Positions 35,959 through 48,330 of a stretch of 64,000 bases of DNA are shown piece by piece. Origin of the DNA: Callorhinchus milii (taxonomy: Eukaryota); the NCBI RefSeq assembly GCF_018977255.1, contig NW_024704743.1, positions 112,284,001 through 112,348,000 of the forward strand, in the 5' to 3' direction. Within the stretch, counting starts at the first letter, position 1, and each line of letters starts with the position of its first letter. The notes beneath the pieces are model-generated. The model searched no databases. It was not told where the DNA came from and was given only the letters and a program-made list of their open reading frames with translations. The position numbers were made by a program, and so were the translations under genes.

Positions 35959-37460
35959 TTTACAAATGGAGAACTCCATATTTTTGAAAATTATACAAAG
36001 ATGCAATGAATTCAACACTCAAACTCAATATTTTTAAAAAGTGTAAAATTTGCATTGCAGCACTGATTTTCCTTATAGAAATTGATCGTTTTTTTGATTC
36101 AGTCAAATTAATTCGTACAAAAATAATTTCCTGTTTATAAAATAAATCACCACATTAAAATAAATTAATTTCAATCATGACATACATATTTTTATATGTA
36201 CAAACCAAGAGCGTCATAAAATGAGTTAATCCCATTTCCACAAAGTAAGCGTAAAAGATGCATTTGCAAATTAAGGCAGTTGGTTTACTCAAAAAGTATA
36301 GAACAGTTACTAGTTACCCAGTTTTACCTATAGATTAACTCTATAGCGTTAAATATTAAACTTTGAAATTACACTTGAAGCAATCTGATTTTCGATTATA
36401 ACACATTTTTTAAAACTTGCAGGATAGTGAATGCCCTGGTAAAAACGAGGTGTATCATTTTTTTCAACATGTGGCAGCCAGTGATGGTGCTAATAATGGT
36501 AATGATCAGGTAAAGATCTCAGACTGACACTATAACATAATAATAATTATTGTTTTAAATACAAACAGTAAAATGAGATGCCTGGGAATGTACTTATGGT
36601 TGCAGAACAATCTTGAAAATTCAAAGTTCGATCTTAAGGTGTCACCCACAAAATATAGTCAATTCACTTTACAGTATATTCTGTGAAGCACTTTGAGACA
36701 TCTCAATGACGTGTTAAGGCACTATACCAAATGCAACAATTATTATAATTATTATGATTATTATTATTATGAAGTCACTTGCACTCCTCGATTATGTTTG
36801 TCAAGTGATACATTCCAAGTTGACTTTCATTCTCCAAACAAAGCCTTTGCCTAGTTACCACCAAGACTTTGCTCACTGTAAAAATGTGAGTGAAGCTGTT
36901 ATGTCTGGAAGGCAGCTTTATGGTGCATTAACACACAACCAAGTATGAAATGGTTTTCTTTGTTCCTTGTTGCAGATTTAAATATGGCCGTATATGTAGA
37001 GAAAACGGATTAAAAAAAACCCGCAGCCAGGTGTAATTTATAAATGTGATCCATATCTATCAGAAACAATGATGATGATTTGCGACTTTGAAGCAAGTTT
37101 CGTTTTCTCATTAAGACAACGGCTCCAACCAAATCCATTTAAAATATTAACCTGAGATCAGAACATGCGTTTAGGAGCAAAGGGCCTTCCTGCCTTGAAA
37201 TGGAATGATTTATCCCTTTGCATCCTCTCCCCAAACCCCCCACCCGTCCCCGCCCCCCCAAAAAATAACAAATAATAATAACAGTATTACCAAAGACAAA
37301 AAAATCAACACAGTCATTTATAACCAGTACAGATTGGCAGTTTCAGTTCCAGCTCATGGCTTGATCCCATTTGCCACCTGGCAACATAGTGTGAATTCCC
37401 AGTGTTTGTTCACATGTGCAGAATGTAGAATCTGTCACCGCGCAAAACTGAAGTGCTGCA

Positions 37461-37585
37461 TCACAAAGACTTCTGCTTTGGCACTGACGGTTGCTGAGAA
37501 ATAACAGAGAGCTGGTTCGAAGCAAGTTTGTACTGCTCTTGTCCTGAACCTTGTGGAGGAGAAGGTAGCGGGGTTTCTGGTGTGG
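37461..37585 (-). CDS. HNF4G: HNF4 gamma exon 10 (C-terminus and stop)
   Basis: Read by hand: STPETPLPSPPQGSGQEQYKLASNQLSVISQQPSVPKQKSL*; acceptor CACAG; TGA at 37463-37461. Confidence 0.95.
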
Positions 37586-38141
37586 CTGTGGAGAGAGCGC
37601 ATGCAAAAGTCACATCAGTTTCATTTCACAGCACAAAAGGTGATTGTGACCTACTTTTACATAAAATCACATACAATCCGCAAAATGACACAATAGGGAA
37701 TTCAAGGCAAAAAAAAAACACCTTTGATTCAAGACAGGAAAATATCTAAATTGAATCCCATGATTCGCTTTGATATGATATTTCTGCCTCCTGATATGAC
37801 AGGAGCTCTCTCCATCAAATGCAAGTGTTATTATTATTGTTATTATTATTATCCAGTGTCAGTAGTTAGAGATACGTGTGTCTGGATGGAGAATTAGAAC
37901 AGAATTAGGCTCATTTTTAATGCCACTCACTGTCGAGTTAACCCTTACTGTAAAAACTCATTCAAAAACAATGCCCCACTTGGGGTGAGGTACCAGAGGG
38001 CGACTATTGACCTTGGTACTGCATTCCCCTCCCCTCCGCCCCGATTAAACAAAAAACAATTAAAAATCCTTTAAGCAGAGGAGGAGGGGAAAACTGACAA
38101 AGTGACAAAAATGACATTCAGTATGGGAAAAAAATACTTAC

Positions 38142-38264
38142 ACATCTGCTCACTGTGGACAGCTGCAGGCATTGAGGTTATCAGAATAGTTTGTCCTGTT
38201 ACTGGATCCTGGGCCAGGTGCGGGTGGTTGGGGTGGTGGAGGTGAGATGGATCATTAGATGTAC
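38142..38264 (-). CDS. HNF4G: HNF4 gamma exon 9 (F domain)
   Basis: GTSNDPSHLHHPNHPHLAQDPVTGQTILITSMPAAVHSEQM; the HLHHPxHPHLxQDPxTGQTIL motif is gamma-type; acceptor TATAG, donor T|GTAAGT; 123 nt. Confidence 0.95.
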
Positions 38265-39633
38265 CTATAAAGAGAGAGATTGTCACAAGATACAACATTG
38301 ACATCATTACTTCCTGAATTTCATTCCCATTTACAGATCTAATCATTGCTCCAACTTCAAAAAACACATTTAACTTTTTATTCCACAGATGAAATCGGTC
38401 AAATAAGACCGTATAACATTCATTTGTAGTCTGTCATTTAGTTGCAGATATATATAACTACAATTATATACATATAATTCAAAGGATTTCACAAGATTTA
38501 CCATAAAGTGAAGTAACTGTAAGCAACATTTTATTGTTGTATATACTGCATTTATTGTGAACTTTATTATAAACAGAATAGTCATTGGTGTGGTGCGCTC
38601 AGACATACTGTAGTGTGCTTGGGCTGCAGCTTCGGGGAGGGGGAAGGAAGGGAAATTTGCTTGAGATTCAGACAGAACAAGTGCCTTAGGTACAATGTGT
38701 CCAGAATCAGGTCCCTGACACAGATGTAACAACCTCCAAGGGTTCAGCAGTTGTCCAGGGACAACCCCCCCGATCACCCCCCACTTGGCTAGCATCTGAC
38801 AACAGCACCAACTAATGGTCAAACAAGCACCTCTTCCTGTGCGAACACTGTGAATGGACTGGGTTAGGGGAGGAGCCACTGACTCCCAAGAAGGATTACA
38901 TTTTTGGCACAAAAGTGAGTCTGAGTAAGGAGCAGCTTGAGAACACGTGTTGGATGCTGGAATTTGTTGGGAGTAAAGCTTTTGTTGGATAAAGTTGATG
39001 CCATCCTTCAAATACTTCCACAGTAGCACACCCAGTCGTATTAGAGTAATTTCTGAACTATTCTTATGAACTAGCCAAATGAAACTTCCACTGGAATGTT
39101 TCAACTGTGCTCTGGTGAAAGCAACAATGGTGAATTGATGGAGTTCTCACACATTGTTAATGATCACTTATGTTTCACTTCTTGTGGGAGAGTAACAATG
39201 GTTGGACAGACCTGGACTGCACAGAACAACATACTCACATGTACAATGTTTACATGTTTACATTCTCCAAGAATAAAGTGAGCAAAAGGCCTGCTTTACA
39301 TTCATGTGTCATTTTTACAAAATCATGGTAGTACCTGAATTCTATTCTGGGGAGTAAAAGTAAATGTTTGGGGAGAAATTTCACACGAGTCTTGATTTAC
39401 TCTATTCATGCAGTAATTCAGAGCATCCAAAGTTTGGCAAATTCTTAAGTACAGTCTTAATCACAAAACCAGTTTTCTTTAAGTTTCTTTTAAGAAAATT
39501 TGGTGAAGCGCTTTGAGGTGTTTCAATGCTGTGATCAGCTGCTATATAGATGCATGGATTCTTATTATTACTACTTGAAGACATGGCTTCATTGCAATAA
39601 ATTGCAACATAAATTCACATTATAATAATGATA

Positions 39634-39990
39634 TTAATAATCCATGCATTTGATATATAACGCCCTATCAAGTCTTCGAGACGTCTCAAAGCATTTCACA
39701 GGATATACTGTAAAGTGAATTGACTGTATATTTTGTGGACGAAATGCGGCAGCCAATTGCCCACAGCAGTGTTCCACAAACAGTCATGGATTAAGTGACC
39801 ACATTTTTTTTAAAAGAAAGGATTATTACCCCCGGAAAAGCGATCCTCCAATCGACTGGGTTCCTACTTACTGCTAGGTAAACAGAAGCATGTGGAGTAA
39901 GGAAGCTTGCCCAATGTTTCACCCTGCTGGGAATCGAACCCAGGTCTTCTTGTTTGTGAGGCAAGTGCTCTAATCATTAAGCTACAGCTC
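39634..39990 (-). mobile_element. SINE (long form) in HNF4G intron 8
   Basis: Full consensus, ~70 bp from the exon 8 donor. Confidence 0.87.
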
Positions 39991-40060
39991 TCCATATTAG
40001 TCTCCTTTGGATATTACGTGCTAACATTTCCTTGTTAAAATGAAATGAAATCAGTCGTAC

Positions 40061-40297
40061 CTCCCAGCAACATTTCTTGGAGCAAGTTGTCAATTTTTGC
40101 CAGTCCAAACAGTTTGACAAACTGTATTTGCTCAATCATCTGCCAGGTGATACTTTGAAGAGTTGGCAACAGAAGCAGCAGCTCCCCAAACCGACCCCGG
40201 GAATCATACTGCCGGTCATTGATGTAGTCTTCCAGGCTGACCTGCACTTGGTAACGCATATTCTTAATTTTTGCCGGATTGTTTAAAGCTTTAGCAT
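40061..40297 (-). CDS. HNF4G: HNF4 gamma exon 8 (LBD, AF-2 helix)
   Basis: [79 protein letters not shown]; acceptor CACAG, donor G|GTACGA; 237 nt. Confidence 0.97.
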
Positions 40298-40950
40298 CTG
40301 TGTAAAAAAAAATTGGGGGCAGATTAAAACAAGGCCTGCTTTGGATCCCCCACTCTATCCACCCCACATTTCTGGATGGTCCTTCAACTATTCCTTCTCC
40401 ACTGAACTTTATCCCTCGACTTGCCCCCTACGTCCCCCCTTTCAAAGCTTGCCTCAAGGCTCATCTCTGACCGTGCTTTCAGTCAACATTCTCCTCCTCA
40501 TCCCTTTCAACTTCCCCAGCTCAGTTGCCCAGCCAGTAATGTGAAGTATAATTATGAATGTTTTGGTATGAACACAAAGGGGTTTGGGGTACTAGCCTGA
40601 ACTTACACAAGCTGAAAGTTCACCTAGCCCTAGCCTATTTAATGCTCCCTCTCCCTCTCATGCACTTTAGCTCACTCACACACTCCCTCTCTCTATTTTT
40701 TGCTTTAAGCAAATTGTCGAAAATTTTCGTTTTCAGCCTTCATTTGAAACCTGATTTTCTTGGTTTTTTTAAAAAAGAACAACACTGTTTCCAAAATAAA
40801 TACTGAATTGAAGTATTGTCCACAATTCTGTATAGCAAGAAATTTCAAGCCAAAATGGTCCAACAGACTTAATCTCGGGCAAGCATGCTCCTGCTTGGGT
40901 GGGCTTACAATGCTAGATTTGCTTTCTGAGGTGTGAAAATGGGTGCGGAC

Positions 40951-41103
40951 CTGGATCAAAGAAAACAATTGCTTTCAAACAGGCGTATTCATTGTCATCA
41001 ATCAGAATCTCCTGGAAAGGTTGGACCAATTCATCCAATATCCTATTTGCCACACGACTAATCTCCACCTCTGGGGTATTCCGATGTACTACATGGTCAC
41101 TCC
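40951..41103 (-). CDS. HNF4G: HNF4 gamma exon 7 (LBD)
   Basis: Read by hand: [51 protein letters not shown]; acceptor TGCAG, donor G|GTCCGC; 153 nt. Confidence 0.96.
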
Positions 41104-41275
41104 CTGCAATAAACGGAATAAGATTGTCAGTGATTGTATTGTTCTGGAAAAACTATTTCGAATGATTTTTAATTGAGAACCGTTCACTATAACTGTAGAA
41201 CGTTTGTTTCATGGCATAATTCATAAACACTGATAGATATTTTGGAAAAGTAATGTGAATATAAAGACATATTAC

Positions 41276-41363
41276 CCAGTACTAGAAGATCCTTGTATGG
41301 AATAGACCTTTTTGCTACACCGAGCAGCAAGTGTTCCCCAGCATGTGCTCTCAACAGAGCAAC
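41276..41363 (-). CDS. HNF4G: HNF4 gamma exon 6 (LBD)
   Basis: Read by hand: [29 protein letters not shown]; acceptor ATTAG, donor G|GTAATA; 88 nt. Confidence 0.96.
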
Positions 41364-41491
41364 CTAATTTCAGAGCAACACAGAAGTGAGGATTAAAATT
41401 CACCTACATAAATCACAGTCACTGCACTTCACAATAAATCCTGTGATGCACTTTTAGACATCCTCCTGATGTGAAAAGCACTGCATCAAAT

Positions 41492-41790
41492 GGAGTCCTG
41501 TAGCTCAGTGGTTAGAGCACTCGCCTTGCAAGTGAGAGACCTGGGTTCGATTCCCGGCAGGGTAAAACCTTGGGCAAGTTTCCTTGCTCCACATGCCTGA
41601 TAATAATCCCTCAAGAAAAAAAAAATTATAATTTGGTCACTTCAATCCACGATTGTTTGTGGGACACTGCTGTGCGCAATTGGCTGCCGTGTTTCGCCCA
41701 CAAATATACAGTCAATTCACTATACAGTATATTCTGTGAGACGCCTAGAAGACATGAAAGCACTATATCAAATGCAAGGATTATTATTAT
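41492..41790 (+). mobile_element. Young SINE (short form) in HNF4G intron 5
   Basis: GGAGTCCTGTAGCTCAGTGGTTAGAGCACTCGCCTTGCAAGTGAGAGACCTGGGTTCGATTCC; follows directly on the tail of an older SINE (~41398-41491). Confidence 0.9.
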
Positions 41791-41917
41791 ACACACAGAT
41801 TGTAAACTACCACCCTTCAAGTCGTTGTTGACTTTGAACCAATGTGAATAAAGATCTGGGTGGGAATTGAGTGGGAATTATTACACCATTGATGAATACA
41901 GTCAGGATAGTGGATAA

Positions 41918-42325
41918 CCAACAACAACAATAACTTGCATTTATATAGAGCCCTTCATGTGGGGTTGTGTCTCGGAGAGCTTGACCGTGGAAGAGTATGA
42001 CGCCGAGCCAGGGGGAGAGGGGGAAGCTGACCACAAGCACAATCAAAAAGGAGGTTTTTGAAGGTGGAAAGGGAGGGGGTGAGGCAGAGGGATTGAGGGA
42101 GAGAGTTCCAGAGTTTCGGGGCTGAAAGTATGGCCACCGATGGTGAAGCGGAGGGGACGAGGGACAAAGCGGAGGCCAGGAAGCCAAGCAGAGCCAGTGG
42201 GTGGTGGAGTAAGGGGTAAGCAGATCAAATAAGTAGGGAGGTGCCAGGGCATGAAGGGATTTGAAAACAAAGTGAGAGGATCTTGATATTGATCTGTTCG
42301 GTAATCGGGAGTCAGTGGAGCCTGG
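41918..42325 (-). mobile_element. L2 3' fragment
   Basis: (TTG)n tail, APKLWNSLP motif, degenerate HWLP region. Confidence 0.8.
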
Positions 42326-42589
42326 CTAGAACTATTGTGATGGGGATAACCAAAAACTGATCATGGGTGTGACACCTCTCAAGATCTCCCGCTCCAAAAA
42401 GCATTCAGCTCCATCACTAGGCTTGCCGGCCTGCATATTGTATTTGCACAGGACAGATCTTAACTCTGATTTAAGCTTGTATCCGCAAACTGACATTCGA
42501 AGGCTGGCTATCCAAAATGGGCTAGCAAATCCAACATTAGCAGGGTGGAGGGAGAGGGAAGGGCAGACTTTGAGCGCCACTATTCTGAA

Positions 42590-42870
42590 TGAGTCAAGGT
42601 ACCCGAGTTCAATTCCAGGCAGGGCGAAACCTTGGGTAAGTTTCCTTGCTCCACACGCCTAATAATAATCCCTCCGAAAAAAACCCCAATAATAAATTGG
42701 TCATTTTCAATCCATGACTGTTTGTGGGACACTGCTGTGCGCAATTGGCTGCCGAGTTCTCCCACAAATATACAGTCAATTCACTTTACAGTATATTCTG
42801 TGAAGCGCTTTGGGACGTCTAGAAGACATGAAAAGCGCTATATCAAATGCAAGGATTATTATTATTATTA
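42590..42870 (+). mobile_element. Young SINE (short form, 5'-truncated)
   Basis: Runs from the B box to the (ATT)n tail. Confidence 0.87.
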
Positions 42871-43650
42871 GTCCACTCAGTCTTTTGATTATCGACTGGT
42901 TGCATTGATTGCACTTAACGTTTGATAATTATCATCAGTGCTAATTATCTTAGTGCAGGTAATCCCATCAATAAAATAGTAACATTAATGCATTTGTTCA
43001 TTGAACCATGGCTCGAAGCTTCATTTCCAAACCACAGTAAACTCTCTGAGTAAACTCTCATTAAATGTTTTGGTTGCCGGGGGCAAAACATTAACAACAA
43101 GAAATTGCATTTATATAGCGTCTTTCACGTTGGGAGGACATTCCAAGGCATTGACAGTCAAGGGTTTGCACCTGAGCTGGAGGTTAGATTTTGGGAAGGG
43201 TGGAGGGCCAGTAGGTGGGAGTGGTTAAGAGGCTTGTCCCAAAATGTTGGGTAGCGCCCGAGATGTTATCCTACGTCAAGGATGCTCCATAAATGCCAAT
43301 CATTCTCCTGAGTGTAGGCAGTGTGCTGTGCAACTCAGAATTCATCAAACATTGCAGCAAATGGCTCTTTCATGAACGTGCCTATATATTTCCAATATTG
43401 TGCTTTAACATGAGTTTGGGAGCACTTTCCATAGAATTACTTAGAAACGTTATAGTACACAAACAGACCAACTCGTCCTTGCCAGTGTTTATGATCCACA
43501 CAAATCCCTACCCCTGCGATACCCTCTCCTCTACCCCTGTATTCTCTTCTCCCTCATGCATGTGGCAAGTTTACTTTTAAATACATTGATGCTTTTTGCT
43601 TCAACCACAGCTTCCAGCAGCGAGCCTACAAATCCACAGTCACTATATTT

Positions 43651-43865
43651 CAGTGGTGGCCAACTGTTTTAGTCGGCCAACCAAATCATTTTTTCTTGAT
43701 TGAATATTTCTTGATTTATGGCCAAACCATAAATATGACCACTCAGTAGCTATGGAAACAAAACAATGATTTAACACAGACTTACCTAGACTAGTGTGAA
43801 TATTAGTCAGGCCACTTCTTGCCCCCCCCCGCAGGCCACATTTGGCCCAAGGTTGGCCAACACTG
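43651..43865. mobile_element. hAT-like MITE (215 bp)
   Basis: TIRs CAGTGGTGGCCAAC / GTTGGCCAACACTG (13/14 match); 8-bp flanks CTATATTT / TTATATTT (7/8 match). Confidence 0.75.
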
Positions 43866-44892
43866 TTATATTTAATAGCAATTACCGTAAAAGAGCTTTG
43901 ATGTTGCAGCGCTACATCAAATGCAATAAAGATTGTGCCCAACTATATATGTGTGTGACAGACTGCTGTAAATCAAAATCTCATTGATTTTGTTGCGCCA
44001 CAAACCGACTACAATGCAGATTAAAATCTAACTCCAAACTTGACCTGACGCTAAATAGGCAACATGTGGTTGATCCGCATCTCTTTGCCCCCCCCATGTC
44101 TCTCCTCTGCTTGCTCCAATCCATCCAAAACACTCATCTTCTCCACCCATATGGAAAGTGCATGTGGCCTCTAAATCTACTCCACATGATCACCCACCCA
44201 ATCCTCACCAGGCTGCACTGTTCCCTGTATATCAATGTCAAGGTCTTCACCATCTCCTACAGATCCTTCATGTCCTAGGGTTTCTCTATTTCTCTGATCC
44301 ACTTCTCTGCTCACCCCCTCCACTGAGGCAACTCGAGCTTGCTCCGTGTTCCCAAATCTCTCAGGTTCACTATCGGTGACTGAGCCCACAGATACATACT
44401 ATGGCCCTAATCTCTGGAGCTCCTTCCTTTTTGCTGCTCTGTTTCACCCCCTCTCTACCTGCGTCTCACACACCTTAAAACCTACCTCTTTAACTTCATC
44501 CATGGCTATCTCTCCCTCCTCTCCCCTTTCCTTGTTCCTTTGCCAAGCCCATCTTTGTAAAATGCTCAGAGTCATTATCCTACGTGAAGGGAGTTATATA
44601 AATACAAGTTGGTTTTGTTGTATTTGTACGACCCACTAATAATGTTTGTCATGTTCTGAACTCTGTGGTATAGGGAGCTGAACACAGGCCAGAAACAGGG
44701 TTGGACTATATACTTAAACCATTACCATATACAACCACATCAATACATAGATATATGTATATATATGCATGTATTGTACTAAAGTCTACACAGATCCACA
44801 CATTCACAAAGTATATTCACTTTAACACTAAGTAAATGCAAACCACTAGAAACAAAAATGGTAAATGATACCAGAAAGGGGACATAGGTTAC

Positions 44893-45048
44893 CTGATCGT
44901 CCAGTGGCAGTTCACAGAAAGCCGGAATATATTTTGCCCATTCCACTAAAACCAGTAACTGCTCTTTCATAGATTCACACACATTACTGATAGTAGCAAT
45001 TTTCTTTGTGTTGATATCTGTGCTTGCCCCAGAAGCTGAGAGAGTGAT
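44893..45048 (-). CDS. HNF4G: HNF4 gamma exon 5 (ligand-binding domain)
   Basis: [52 protein letters not shown]; acceptor AACAG, donor CAG|GTAAC; 156 nt. Confidence 0.97.
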
Positions 45049-45841
45049 CTGTTGGCAAACAAACATGGAGCCAAATTAAACTGCAGCCCAGGAAATGTTA
45101 ATTGTTTTCAAAGGCAGTTGCTGTTCCCACAACACGATCCAAAGAAGCATTCATGCAGATAATTAATAAACCAAATAAGATTATTTTTGCTCTACTAGTG
45201 ACTAATGTGAATGGAAATGTGCAACCCGTTGTTTGCCCTGGTTTTCATCAATGAGAGTTTAAGAGTTTAAAAGATTTCCAACTTGTTTTGTTTTAAAATA
45301 AGTTTTTTTTACTAAAAGTTTAAACGAGTCAGAAAATAAGTCAATCAAGAGATGGCATTTACTTGTAAAGGAAACTACAACCACATGAAATGAGTAGGCT
45401 TTTGCAATGTCATTTATTTTTGTGAAATGCATCTGAATTTAACTTAAAAAGTAGCTTGTTGCTATGATGGGAAGATGGTAGAAGTGTCTTCTTCCTCCGA
45501 ACCGATATTGTGATCTAAGCCTTGGCTCACTATTTCTTTTTAAAATTAGCGACAAGTTTATTTTATTGTGTTTGTCCTTGACGCGTTTGCTTGTTAACTG
45601 AAGAGAAATTCTCAGTTCCACTTTGTTTATTTTTTTTCTTACATCGGTAAAGCAATCATCACAATCTGATTTCATTCAGAAATATTCAGGGTAAATCTAT
45701 TGTGCTAATTCAAACTGTTGTTTCCACATTGCTCCCGGCACTGTGGATTCCAACCCATTGGGTAAACAAAGCAATGTAATATCAGTGGCAGCTTGAGTGT
45801 ACTGTAGACACTTCAATCTAAACACAGTAAAAGGAAGAGAA

Positions 45842-46179
45842 TATTATTATTAATAAAAATAATAATAAAATAATAATCCTTGCATTTGATATAGCGCTTT
45901 TCACGTCTTCTAGACGTCCCAAAGCACTTCACAGAATATACTGTAAAGTGAATTGACTGCATATTTGTGGGCGAACGTGGCAGCCAATTGCACACAGCAG
46001 TGTCCCACAAACAGTCATGGATTGAAAATGACCAATTTATTATTGTTTTGTTTTTTTGGAGGGATTATTATTAGGAGTGTGGAGTAAGGAAACTTACCCA
46101 AGGTTTCGTCCTGTCTGGAATTGAACTCAGGTCTCTCACTTGCGAAGCGAGTGCTCTGACCACTGAGCTACAGGACTCC
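45842..46179 (-). mobile_element. Young SINE (short form) in HNF4G intron 4
   Basis: Full consensus. Confidence 0.9.
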
Positions 46180-46610
46180 ACAAAATAAATTTCTACATTT
46201 CATATAGGGCCTTTCAAAACACTTCACAGAATTTACTGTAAAGTAACTATATTTTTCAAATGAACAAGGTAACCAATCTGTACACAGTCATCATGTCCCA
46301 TATACATGATCAATTTTATCTGGGGGATTGTTGGCCAGGACACTAGAAGAAACTCCCTTCCTTTTTGGGCTATGGGATTTTCTTTAACATTCACCTGAAC
46401 AAGTAGACAGGACCTTGCTTTAATTTCTCACCTAAAGCAGTGCCATGTCACTGGGCTAGTATTATTATTATTATGCACTATTTTGCTATGCTCAAAACTG
46501 TCTGCCGCTTTCACTCATAAAAAAATCACAATCACTACACTAGAGCAAAATAACTTTGAGATGCCTTCCCAAAGTGAAAGGCACTGTATCAAATGCAAGG
46601 GTTACTTTAC

Positions 46611-46717
46611 CTGGCGAGAGAGAACCTCAGCTTGAGCCAGCGTGTTGATGGAGGGCGAGTTGCCACTCTCGTAGCTGTTTCTCCTGGTACTTATTCGGTC
46701 CCGTTCATTTTGGACGG
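46611..46717 (-). CDS. HNF4G: HNF4 gamma exon 4 (hinge)
   Basis: Read by hand (not in ORF track): [36 protein letters not shown]; acceptor TTCAG, donor CAG|GTAAAG; 107 nt. Confidence 0.96.
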
Positions 46718-47999
46718 CTGAAGAGAAGAAAGAGCAAACAAAGCCCCTGTTTCAGAATCTTTGGTCACACATTGCTGAACACCAAAAAACAGCACTGAAG
46801 CTTCAACCCCCTGTTGGTTTGACGGCTATCAATGCTTTAACATTGCTAATCACTCACATTATGTGCTCCACTGGGGTGCTGTTTTAATTATCCATTGATT
46901 TCAGCTCCTATCACCATCCTGCTTTACTGATCATCATTTTTTTAAAATTCTGGGCCAAGTCATATTTTTATTTAAACATAATTTGCCACTTCTTGCATTA
47001 CATCTGAAACAGGTTTTCAGTTCTGCGTTTATGATCACTACATACTTTATCTCCCATCTCCTTTTTGCTATAATTCTGCAGTGAATAGTAACAAGGAGCG
47101 TGACCTTGCTGTTCACCACAGATACAAAGAAGCTTCAGTGGTAGGTCTCACTGACTATTAAGATCACCCCAGGTTGCCTCAGACATCACTTGCTGCATGT
47201 TGCGTGCAGTTCATAGAAGTGGCATCAATGACAACCTGACAACCCGTAAGTTCATCATTTTGTACTGCAGGAAGACGGCACGTCGGGGCCCAAAGCCGGA
47301 TGTAATACAGCGCCTTGGGACGTCATCCCGACGTGAAAGGCGGTCTATAAATGGAATCTTGTTGTTGTTGTTGGTTCGTGTGGGTCCAAAGTAGAACCCC
47401 ATTCAAAGCGTGGTTCTGTCAACGGCTGCAACATTGGTGTCCTGTGTACTTTGTCATGGCTTTACAAGCTACAACAATGGATGAGAGTGTACAGGACAAG
47501 AATTTTTTTTAAAAATCATTCATACGAGATGACCGTTAGATATGGCAAGCTTTGTTCAGCAGTGATATCTAGCTGCAAAATACAAGTTCAAATAGTAAAT
47601 ACAGTCACTACACTTCATAGAAAATCCTATGAAGTGATTTAAGATGCCTCTCCCCTCCCCCATATGAAAGGCTCTACATCAAATGCAAAAAATATTATTA
47701 TTAAATATCTATTCTTCAGGTGAATTTTAAGTAGCCCCCTGGCCACTATTACAGGGAAGGATGTTTCTCCCCATTGTAATGACCAGATAATGGACTATTC
47801 ACCTCCATGCCTATTTGTGGGACACAAAGTAATTGCCCTGTTTGTCCACAAAAACAGTCGCCACACGAAACAGGAATTATTTTTTAAGCACTTTAAGATG
47901 TTTCACTGTGATAAGATGCTATAAAAATCCATGTTCTTTCTCTTTCTTCAATTTCAGGAACCAAAGAACCAGAGAAATTTACAATAGAGAAGGTAATTT

Positions 48000-48330
48000 A
48001 GCACATCATGCCTTTACTGGCTCTTTTAAAAGAGCAAATTATTACGCCGTCCCATGTACCTGCCATTTCCCCAAACCACCTATAGATTATTCCTCTTTAG
48101 ATATCTAACAATGATCCTCTTGAAAGTTAGTATGGTTCCATTCCACCTGACAGGGCATTCCACTTTCTAACAACTCTCTATGTAAAAAATGTTCCTCCTA
48201 TCTTCCCCTTTGCTCCTTTGCTAACTATACTAAAACAATGCTCTCTAGTCACTGATACACCGCCAAGTGGAAACAATGTCTCCCTGTTGATTCTGTCAAA
48301 ATCCCTTGTCATTTTTAAGAATCAGGCTTT
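48000..48330 (-). mobile_element. Old CR1 3' fragment in intron 3
   Basis: Reverse-complement similarity to the CR1 at 22740-23240. Confidence 0.65.

Noticed and set aside
38071..38142. HNF4A-alpha2-like 10-aa F-domain insert via an alternative exon 9 donor
   Set aside because: There is no GT 30 nt downstream of the donor; read-through gives unrelated sequence and a stop
38370..39104. 244-codon ORF in intron 8
   Set aside because: No recognisable domain or clear exon structure; the HNF4G CDS is complete without it
40870..40910. AHAGEH-like nucleotide resemblance in intron 7
   Set aside because: Not in frame, no splice sites; the true exon 6 is at 41276-41363
41492..41565. tRNA-Ala(TGC)-like cloverleafs at the SINE heads
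   Set aside because: Each continues into SINE core and tail sequence and the copies are diverged; they are SINE promoters, not tRNA genes
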